A stretch of DNA of 7,097 nucleotides from a virus (IMGVR_UViG_2671180846_000033), one strand, 5' to 3'; shown: positions 1 to 6,276, counted from the stretch's first letter. The notes: a model not told the origin generated them from the letters alone. Numbers and translations: made by a program.

Positions 1-495
1 TGGGGCTTTTCTCTATCTGCCGTTGGTGTTCATGCCCGAGGCAGATAGCCTCAAGCACCCGCAGCTATTCTACTTAACTTCCCATTACCTCGCCAATATG
101 AAATCGGTCAGAAAGACAGACGTCCCATAAGGACAACAACGGAAAAAGAGATTTTGCTTGATGCTATTTACCTCTGCACCATGAAGTTGCGCCAAAATCC
201 CAGTGGTGATAACAGGAATTTGGTTGTTGGTGATTGGGGAAAGAAGTACGTTAGACTGTGGGTTAGTTCATTGACATGATAGTTACCTGCCTTCAATTTC
301 CTAAGCAAGCGATGTAAACGATAATCAATATCAAATGTATTGACAGGTAAAATAATAACGATGTACCTTTGCTGATAACATATATCAGTCTTAAATCATA
401 ATGGAGGTAGATAAAATAACTAAACACACACAACAAATTTTTTATCAGTGACATAGCATATCTTAAGCATCCTTTAATGCTCATGGGGAGAACGC

Positions 496-1269
496 ATGAC
501 TAAACATATGGACATTCATTGTCAAACACGCATATTTAACTCAATTAACCATGACACCAAATATAAAATATGTATTTTTACTCCAAAAAACATTAAAAAA
601 AATAATGCAACTCTTTATATACTTGATGGGAATAGTGCCAACAATTACATTTCTGATATTCTGCCTGTTATTGATGCACTACCCAATCCACCAGTGTTAG
701 TTACACTTGGTTATGAATCTTGGAATAACCTTAGCATTCATCGCCGTGCTTACGATTATACTCCTGATGGTGAAAATGCTATTGTTGATAACTCTAAACC
801 AGCATGGATCTACTTTACTGGTGGAGGAAGCCAGTCTTTCCGAGAATTATTACTAACTCAGATCATGCCATGGGTTAGTACTATTGCTCCGAACAGTTCC
901 AGAATCGGTATATGGGGGCACTCGCTAGGTGCTATTTTTGTGCTTGATTGCTTAAAAAATAATTCATGCTTTAACTATTATTATATATCTGCACCATCAC
1001 TTCTATGGCAGAATGAAAGAATCATCAAGATAATTAAAGATGATATATCAGAATCAAAGCACACTAAAAGTATATGCTTGCTTAACGGAAATCTTAGCCT
1101 TGATTACTCCGCATCTTTATATCCTGAAGCCATCAAAGCGGAATCTGTTTTGAGAAATATTTTGACAGAAAAATACAGTAATTTTTCTATTGTACAATTT
1201 CCAGAGCTCAATCATCAGGAGACTTTCTCTGCTGCACTCTGGAATAGCATTATTCATTTCAGCATATAA
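496..1269 (+). CDS. Alpha/beta-hydrolase, putative esterase of the IroE/Fes (siderophore esterase / esterase D) type; no recognisable N-terminal signal peptide
   Basis: 257-aa ORF with ATG at 496 preceded by GGGGAG (485-490). Contains a G-H-S-L-G nucleophile elbow (Ser codon 922-924), an LDG motif near the N-terminus, AYDYTP, and a C-terminal ELNHQ histidine. The N-terminus is hydrophilic. The gene sits in visibly AT-rich DNA. Family call is from motif pattern only. Confidence 0.75.
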   Translation: MTKHMDIHCQTRIFNSINHDTKYKICIFTPKNIKKNNATLYILDGNSANNYISDILPVIDALPNPPVLVTLGYESWNNLSIHRRAYDYTPDGENAIVDNSKPAWIYFTGGGSQSFRELLLTQIMPWVSTIAPNSSRIGIWGHSLGAIFVLDCLKNNSCFNYYYISAPSLLWQNERIIKIIKDDISESKHTKSICLLNGNLSLDYSASLYPEAIKAESVLRNILTEKYSNFSIVQFPELNHQETFSAALWNSIIHFSI

Positions 1270-1620
1270 CAGAAAATATGTAATCACTTTATCAATCTAG
1301 CTAACATAACTGATATCAATCCTAATGGGTCTTTGAACATATTAAAAGATAACTTCTCATTTGTACATTGTTGTGTTCTTAGACCCATTTCAAAAATACT
1401 ATTTTTTAGATACTAATAATTACATCCATTTAGCTATCTTCTAAATACTCCTCTCAGTTTCTTCATTGGAGCTGATTCAACTCCGGCAATGCATACTAGG
1501 ATCATTTTATAAGCATACAAACAACATCCAGACTGTGAATTATTGCTATTCATTTTCTATGTATCTGCTCTTTTCCCATCCACTGAAACACCAGAATCCA
1601 AAGGTTTCATGTTATTTTCA

Positions 1621-2034
1621 CTATTCCATCATTACTCCTGTGTAAAATATCAAAACTCGCTGCATCACTTCACTGTTACGGCACTCACTACAAATTATGT
1701 TCAATTGCCTGTCATAGCGGCGTATTTCTCCGTCTGGTAATGACCAGATAAGGTCAGGATCAACCACAACCGGTTTCTTCAGTTTTGCCCTCGATAGTTT
1801 TTTGCGGGCGTTTTGCCAGTCCTTACGAGCCTGTTCAGATGGGAATAACCCGTAACCAGAGTTGTATACATCGCCACTGGCAACCAGCTCTCTGGCAAGA
1901 ACGCTCATCAGATATCTTGTCGCACCTGTCTTGGCTTCCAGTTGCCGTAACGTCTCGCGCCCACTCCGGCGTACTAGCTCAACAACCTGCCCTTTAATTT
2001 TTTCCCGCTCTTCCTGTGTAAATACTTTTGCCAT
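1621..2034 (-). CDS. Hypothetical phage protein (138 aa) downstream of the P-like gene
   Basis: The ORF track starts at a TTG (2049); an in-frame ATG at 2034 is preceded by GGAGG with 5-nt spacing. The 3' end runs into the AT-rich island. Function not recognised. Confidence 0.55.
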   Translation of the reverse strand: MAKVFTQEEREKIKGQVVELVRRSGRETLRQLEAKTGATRYLMSVLARELVASGDVYNSGYGLFPSEQARKDWQNARKKLSRAKLKKPVVVDPDLIWSLPDGEIRRYDRQLNIICSECRNSEVMQRVLIFYTGVMME

Positions 2035-2049
2035 AAGCGCCTCCGGCAA

Positions 2050-2805
2050 TCACTTTTCCGATACAACACGGCGGGAAGAATCAGTAATCTGTCGAACAAT
2101 ATCCCGGTGCTTGTTCAGCTCCCGCAGCGCGGCGCAGACTCGCTCCCACTTCTGAACATCACTTTTCGCCCTGCGCAGCGCCAGGTTTGCCCTGCGAAGG
2201 GACGGAAAAATCAGCTCATCTGCTTGCGTTTCGGTAAACGATGGCAACGGCTGCACAATGTCCGCCACAGTTTCTGTTTTAATTTCTTCCTGTGTTGCGG
2301 CTTCCCGGACTGGTAACGCAGCACCTGCTGGCTGAGGAAAGGCNNNNNNNNNNNNNNNNNNNNNNNNNNNNNNNNNNNNNNNNNNNNNNNNNNCGGATGC
2401 AGCTTCCGGCTCTGCCGGTAAATCAGCGCCCGGTATGCAGTAACGAAATTTACCGCCCTGATTCACGCGAATCAGACGCCCTTTGCTGATTACCATGGCC
2501 AGCGATGAATTCGCCCGGCGGGAGGTAATCCCGAACATCAGTGCCAGCTCATCCGCCGTTTGTGGGCCATGTTGTTCAATCGCCTCAGTCAGCATTTGCG
2601 CTGTCACTTTCGGTACCGGTGACACCGGTTCACTTTCACCAGCCTGAATCAGCCACCACATCGACCCCTTGTTATCCGCTTCACCGCGGCGCTTCAGTTT
2701 CCACAGTTCGTTGACCGCATCTTCACGGCTGATTCCAAGGCGGGCCGCCACTACCTGTGAAGAGGCTCTTTTCAGTGCTTTCAGTGCGTCAAATACGGTT
2801 TCCAT
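2050..2805 (-). CDS. Hypothetical phage protein with two winged-helix-like segments; interrupted by a 50-N run
   Basis: Track ORF 2050-2823 starts at TTG; in-frame ATG at 2805 is preceded by GGAGG. The protein reads plausibly on both sides of the N-run 2344-2393. No Walker motif seen; function unknown. Confidence 0.6.
   Translation of the reverse strand: METVFDALKALKRASSQVVAARLGISREDAVNELWKLKRRGEADNKGSMWWLIQAGESEPVSPVPKVTAQMLTEAIEQHGPQTADELALMFGITSRRANSSLAMVISKGRLIRVNQGGKFRYCIPGADLPAEPEAASXXXXXXXXXXXXXXXXXAFPQPAGAALPVREAATQEEIKTETVADIVQPLPSFTETQADELIFPSLRRANLALRRAKSDVQKWERVCAALRELNKHRDIVRQITDSSRRVVSEK
2344..2393. other. Run of 50 N (masked or gap sequence) inside a CDS
   Basis: Directly visible in the sequence. 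Confidence 1.
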
Positions 2806-2838
2806 TAAAATTTCCTCCGACAAAATCGTTTCTCAGAT

Positions 2839-3399
2839 TCAAATAAAACCAGCTGCCTTCCGGCGTTCGTATTCCTGTTTCAGCCGCTCAATTGGCGTTG
2901 GCCCTTGCGGGTGTTTCGCCCCTTCCAGTTGTCGTCGCACTGGCGGAACACTCATCCCGTTACCAACATGCTTTGCCCATTTCGTCAGTTGCCGTTCTGC
3001 AAGTAGTTTTAACTCACCCTGCGTCATCTGGCGCTCAATCCCTCTGGTACGCATTTCGAGGCAGATGTGGTACAGCACAGGCTGTGGCCACGGGTATTTA
3101 TCACTCCCGTCGTATCGCCAGGATTCATTGCGCCAGCGCCGGTACTCTTCCATCACGGCATCCACCGTAAGACCAAATGGATTTGCCCCACTCTCCGAAA
3201 TCAGCGCAACAAACTCAGCCAGGTCCGGGGGCCACGTTTCACCCGCCCGGCAGCGGTCCATGCACTGACGGCAGACCAGACGGATTTGCTGTTCAGTCAT
3301 CGCACCAATCTGGGCAATCCAGAGCTTCGAAGGTGCGGCCCCGTTCTTCTGAGTCCAGCGGTTCGAATACACCTCCCCCATAAGCTCCCACAGCTTCCA
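2839..3399 (-). CDS. Replication protein P-like (lambda P family helicase-loader homologue); 5' end undetermined because of the N-run
   Basis: The translation matches my recollection of the lambda P central and C-terminal regions (MTEQQI, a PPDLAEFVAL segment, DKYPW, a TQGELKLLAERQL segment). The ORF-track start (TTG at 3495) lies in sequence that reads better in the O-like frame. The true start is either ATG at 3381 (GGGAG upstream) or inside the N-run. Confidence 0.65.
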   Translation of the reverse strand, partial: WKLWELMGEVYSNRWTQKNGAAPSKLWIAQIGAMTEQQIRLVCRQCMDRCRAGETWPPDLAEFVALISESGANPFGLTVDAVMEEYRRWRNESWRYDGSDKYPWPQPVLYHICLEMRTRGIERQMTQGELKLLAERQLTKWAKHVGNGMSVPPVRRQLEGAKHPQGPTPIERLKQEYERRKAAGFI

Positions 3400-3449
3400 N
3401 NNNNNNNNNNNNNNNNNNNNNNNNNNNNNNNNNNNNNNNNNNNNNNNNN
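3400..3449. other. Run of 50 N at the O-like/P-like gene junction
   Basis: Directly visible in the sequence. Confidence 1.
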
Positions 3450-4168
3450 GTGAAAACCTTCCCCTCCGCCATCCAGTAATCCCGGAATGCGGCAAGCTCA
3501 GCAGGTGTAAATTCCGGCTCAGGCAGAGCCATACCCCACACTGCTGCCCGTTGTCGAAAATCCGGCGACGGCTGCCAGACAGTAGTCATCGAAAATTTCC
3601 CGATCGGTTCGCTCAGGCCGTCCAGGTATTCAGGTTCGGCTGTCTGCAACGGCGCACCATGCGACTCACTGGTCGGAATACTCTCGCGTTCACGCACGTT
3701 ATGTGTGGGGTTTAATTCTTTTAGATCTGTATCTTTATTAGTTGCTTTTGTGTTTGCGTCATGTTCAAACACAACACCAACATTTGTTTGAACACCTGTT
3801 AAATCTCTCTCTTGTTTTGTTTGAACATATGCTTCCTTTCTGCTTCTTCTGGCCTGAACAGATGCTTTTCCGGCGGCTGATTTTTTGGTCAATTTTTCCC
3901 TGACTGATGCCAGATCTTCCTCAATCCGAAGATGCACCCATTCATCGCTGTTATCGCAAAAAAACTCCCGCAAGGATGGTTCCACATCAGCCCATCGCTC
4001 GTTAGTCAGACGGGAAATTTTTGCCAGCCTGTTTTTAGGTATTGGTTTCCCTGTTTGCCAGTAATTGAACATCAGCAACAAATACGCACCGTGCTCCTCT
4101 GCGGACAAATGCATGGTGTCAGCCAGGTAATCAGCTATGTACAGTTGCATGTATGGTAATGCGGCCAT
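3450..4168 (-). CDS. Replication initiator, DUF1376/YdaU-like (functional analogue of lambda O); 3' end undetermined (in or beyond the N-run)
   Basis: N-terminal segment [32 protein letters not shown] resembles DUF1376 proteins, followed by a low-complexity linker and a C-terminal domain. ATG at 4168 has GAGG 5 nt upstream; the track start at 4222 is a TTG. The frame stays open across the N-run to 3293, but that stretch overlaps convincing P-like coding. Confidence 0.65.
3762..3828. repeat. Iteron-like repeats inside the O-like gene (candidate replication origin)
   Basis: TGTTCAAACA (3762-3771) is the exact reverse complement of TGTTTGAACA, which occurs at 3785-3794 and again at 3818-3827 as part of TTTGTTTGAACA. 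The repeats lie in the AT-rich linker-coding part of the initiator gene. Confidence 0.45.
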
Positions 4169-4254
4169 AATTGCCTCATCTTGTGACGAACCATCCTCTG
4201 GTGATATTCTGTGATTCCCCAATCAACAGAATCAGCAGGGGTCTGGCATAAATA

Positions 4255-4692
4255 TCAATGCACCACAACAGACTCGCCGGATGACCCGCCGTCGCTGAAA
4301 TACGCTTTCCGGTAAACTGCCTGGACTGCATCATCATGCGCATCAATTGCCGTGCTCAACGCTTCCTGGGCCGCCAGTAATGCACGGCGCTCAACAGTGT
4401 CAAAAATACTGAGGTGATAACGCAGTTCACGCGGAAGAACAGTCAGGATAGCTGGAATTAGTGCCTGAATTTTTTCAACAGCATCAGGCGTATCCTTTTC
4501 AAGCCAGCGAAAAATATTTTGTATGTTCAATCCAATACCCTCTGTCGTAGAGGTGTCATGCATTGGTGGATAAGTCATTTCAAGCTCAAAATATGCTGTC
4601 GCTATATCATCAGCGATTTTTTTGCGCCCTACCCTCGGATAAAGCAGCCACGCATTCATCGCCATGCGGATGTGCTCATGCTTGATTTTCAT
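4255..4692 (-). CDS. ydaT: YdaT-like protein (CII functional analogue of YdaS/YdaT-type prophages)
   Basis: 145-aa ORF starting MKIKHEHI with a C-terminal segment LIPAILTVLPRELRYHLSIFDTVERRALLAAQEALSTAIDAHDDAVQAVYRKAYF that I recognise as YdaT-family. Its ATG (4692-4690) overlaps the upstream gene's TGA in an ATGA junction. Confidence 0.75.
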   Translation of the reverse strand: MKIKHEHIRMAMNAWLLYPRVGRKKIADDIATAYFELEMTYPPMHDTSTTEGIGLNIQNIFRWLEKDTPDAVEKIQALIPAILTVLPRELRYHLSIFDTVERRALLAAQEALSTAIDAHDDAVQAVYRKAYFSDGGSSGESVVVH

Positions 4693-4949
4693 GAATCAAC
4701 TCCCGCCGCTGCTTGTGCGTTAGCCTGATACTCAACAGGTAAACCATCGGTTGGATTAGGGTATTTATCAGGGCGCAATTCATGCGGAGTTACTCCCCAG
4801 TCAAGCGCCTCACATGCTGGTATAACCTCCTCCGCTGGCACTCGTTTTTTAAACCACCCACTTATGGTTTGCGGTGTTTTACCAAGACGACGCCCTAATT
4901 CTGATTGGCTCATTATTGACAGGATTTTCACTTGAGTACTTTTTTGCAT
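4689..4949 (-). CDS. ydaS: Cro-like HTH regulator, YdaS-like
   Basis: 86-aa ORF with ATG at 4949 preceded by GGAGGG. HTH segment SQSELGRRLGKTPQTISGW; divergent from the repressor gene. Confidence 0.7.
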   Translation of the reverse strand: MQKSTQVKILSIMSQSELGRRLGKTPQTISGWFKKRVPAEEVIPACEALDWGVTPHELRPDKYPNPTDGLPVEYQANAQAAAGVDS

Positions 4950-5075
4950 GTTTCCCTCCGAACTTTACGATGACACCGATAATTACAAATTTAAATTTAA
5001 ATTTCAACTTCTATTTGTAATGCCACTTATCAATTTTTTCTGTAGGATCGCGGAACTAGTTTACGAGGGGTGGTG
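4950..5075. promoter_or_regulatory. Divergent control region between the Cro-like and CI-like genes (OR-like)
   Basis: ATTACAAAT (4982-4990) and its reverse complement ATTTGTAAT (5013-5021) flank a palindromic (AAATTT)x3 tract (4987-5004). The 14-bp motif AATTACAAATTTAA (4981-4994) recurs at 6223-6236. Ribosome-binding sites for both flanking genes are present. Confidence 0.6.
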
Positions 5076-5468
5076 ATGATCTTTGTAAAACGCCTTCAGC
5101 AGGTGTTGCAGGAATTGAATATAAACCAGTCAGAGCTGGGAAGACGTCTTGGTGTAAAACCCCAATCCGTGCAAGGTTGGTTGAAAGGCGTGATGCCAAG
5201 AATGGATAAACTGGAAAAATTAGCAGAGCTCTCACAACATCCCGTCCATTGGTTCTTTATGGAAGAAGAAACTCTCGGCGATAAAATGGCTGTATCCAGT
5301 AATGACAACCAACCGCAACTTACAGAACAACAACGAAAAATCATATCGCTTTTAGATGAGTTACCTCAAAGCGACGCAGAGCAGATCATTCGTGATATGG
5401 AGCAAAAACGCGATTTCTATAAACGGAAACTTGAAGAGTTACTGCGGCAGAAAAACAAAACTGCCTGA
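5076..5468 (+). CDS. CI-like phage repressor, XRE-family HTH with coiled-coil-like C-terminus and no S24 peptidase domain
   Basis: The track ORF starts at GTG 5070; ATG at 5076 is preceded by GAGGGG (5065-5070). HTH segment NQSELGRRLGVKPQSVQGW; C-terminal 50 aa are charged and heptad-like. About 130 aa, too short for a LexA-type cleavage domain. Confidence 0.8.
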   Translation: MIFVKRLQQVLQELNINQSELGRRLGVKPQSVQGWLKGVMPRMDKLEKLAELSQHPVHWFFMEEETLGDKMAVSSNDNQPQLTEQQRKIISLLDELPQSDAEQIIRDMEQKRDFYKRKLEELLRQKNKTA

Positions 5469-5499
5469 TGCATTCCTTTTCTGGAACGAGCATCAGGCA
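5462..5499. terminator. Hairpin between the convergent repressor and higA genes (candidate bidirectional terminator)
   Basis: TGCCTGATGC (5462-5471) pairs with GCATCAGGCA (5490-5499), with inner TTCC/GGAA pairing. A T-rich tract follows on the minus strand (reverse complement of 5441-5461). Confidence 0.5.
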
Positions 5500-5514
5500 A
5501 ATGACTAGCAGATT

Positions 5515-5874
5515 TTATAATCCAACCAGGCTTTCCAGGGGGATACCAAATTGATTATGAAGACGGCGAATCATTGGTAACGTAAGGCTTCTGGTACCAT
5601 TCAACACCTCATAAACCCGATTTTTTTTCCCAATTGCGGGTTCCAAATCTTTCACAGTCAGCCCCTGCTGTTCCATGCGAAATCTTATAGCTTCAATTGG
5701 GGATGGTGGCTCAATGGGATAATGTTTTTTTTCATATTCCTCTATTAGCAAACACATCACCTCAAAAAAATCCCCCTCAGGCGTGTCAATTTCGGGCTCA
5801 TTGTCGAACATGGGTTCAACAGCACGCAACGCGGCTTCATAATCTTGCTCTGTACGAATAGGTTTGATGTTCAT
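5515..5874 (-). CDS. higA: HigA-type antitoxin (XRE HTH, type II TA)
   Basis: 119-aa ORF with C-terminal HTH LTVKDLEPAIGKKNRVYEVLNGTRSLTLPMIRRL. Starts 2 nt after the toxin stop, with GGAG upstream. Confidence 0.8.
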   Translation of the reverse strand: MNIKPIRTEQDYEAALRAVEPMFDNEPEIDTPEGDFFEVMCLLIEEYEKKHYPIEPPSPIEAIRFRMEQQGLTVKDLEPAIGKKNRVYEVLNGTRSLTLPMIRRLHNQFGIPLESLVGL

Positions 5875-5876
5875 GC

Positions 5877-6179
5877 TTACTCCAGTTCGATGGTATCAGC
5901 ATCAATAGCATCGTATTCCTTGTGGTTTCCGATGAATTTAACAAATACCCATCCTCGCTGATACGCAATTGCAACAATTAAACGGTAATGATTACCTTTT
6001 ATGTTGAATACCACGCGCCGGTTTTTCAATATACTGGCCGTTCGGTATTGTGCCTTAATGTCTGCTGGGCTTTTCCAGTCAGCTTTTGCCGCCTCATCCA
6101 CCCATGCCCTTAGCGGTTGTTCTGCATCAGGATTCTCCGCCCAAAAATCCCTGAGTGTTTTAACTGAGATAATCTTCAT
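5877..6179 (-). CDS. higB: HigB-type toxin (RelE/ParE superfamily)
   Basis: HigB-like pattern in the translation, including GNHYRLIV and KFIGNHKEYDAID. The track start (6224) is a TTG; the ATG at 6179 gives about 100 aa. Toxin precedes antitoxin, as in HigBA modules. Confidence 0.8.
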   Translation of the reverse strand: MKIISVKTLRDFWAENPDAEQPLRAWVDEAAKADWKSPADIKAQYRTASILKNRRVVFNIKGNHYRLIVAIAYQRGWVFVKFIGNHKEYDAIDADTIELE

Positions 6180-6190
6180 AACTGTATAGT

Positions 6191-6207
6191 AGTCCCATTT
6201 TGGGACT
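6191..6207. promoter_or_regulatory. Perfect 17-bp palindrome AGTCCCATTTTGGGACT just upstream of higB (candidate HigA/HigBA operator)
   Basis: Read directly from the sequence; lies 12-28 nt upstream of the higB ATG on the minus strand. Confidence 0.5.
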
Positions 6208-6222
6208 GATGCAACAGCCCGC

Positions 6223-6276
6223 AATTACAAATTTAATAATAAACATGTTGACCAGTTAAATTTTAATTTGTAAATT
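6223..6276 (+). promoter_or_regulatory. pL-like promoter/operator region for the rightward early operon (OL-like)
   Basis: Second copy of AATTACAAATTTAA (6223-6236); TTGACC (6248-6253), 17-bp spacer, TAAATT (6271-6276); inverted ATTTGTAA (6266-6273) overlaps the -10. Confidence 0.5.

Noticed and set aside
13-48. 9-bp inverted repeat CTATCTGCC ... GGCAGATAG with an 18-nt loop
   Set aside because: Loop too long for a typical terminator, no following T-tract, and it may simply lie inside an upstream coding region.
2-127. Open frame reaching the left window edge (42 codons ending in TAA at 126-128)
   Set aside because: Could be the 3' end of a gene entering from the left, but too short and without a recognisable motif to support as a feature.
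293-484. Minus-strand 63-aa ORF in the AT-rich DNA upstream of the esterase
   Set aside because: Highly hydrophobic Ile/Leu/Tyr-rich translation typical of random frames in AT-rich DNA; no ribosome-binding site seen; more likely the esterase promoter region.
1468-1500. Sequence with GGAG...CTCC pairing that briefly looked like a tRNA arm
   Set aside because: No cloverleaf can be built by eye: no matching acceptor stem and no T-arm consensus.
1543-1740. Plus-strand 65-aa ORF in the AT-rich spacer
   Set aside because: Overlaps the 3' end of the minus-strand 138-aa gene, no ribosome-binding site, composition-driven frame.
1785-4728. Plus-strand ORFs opposite the minus-strand phage genes (1785-1997, 1862-2155, 2107-2316, 2292-2489, 2669-3268, 2892-3170, 3067-3453, 3177-3383, 3932-4159, 4519-4728)
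   Set aside because: They lie antisense to genes with recognisable protein features, have low-complexity Ser/Arg/Pro-rich translations typical of shadow frames, and several run through the N-runs.
5096-5344. Minus-strand 82-aa ORF inside the repressor gene
   Set aside because: Antisense shadow frame of a gene with a clear HTH and ribosome-binding site; Cys/Ser-rich nonsense-like translation.
6001-6189. Plus-strand 62-aa ORF inside higB
   Set aside because: Antisense to a well-supported HigB toxin gene.
2823-6224. Extended N-termini in the ORF track (starts at 2049, 2823, 3495, 4222, 6224, 5070)
   Set aside because: These start at TTG or GTG codons without a ribosome-binding site; internal ATG codons with good Shine-Dalgarno spacing were preferred.
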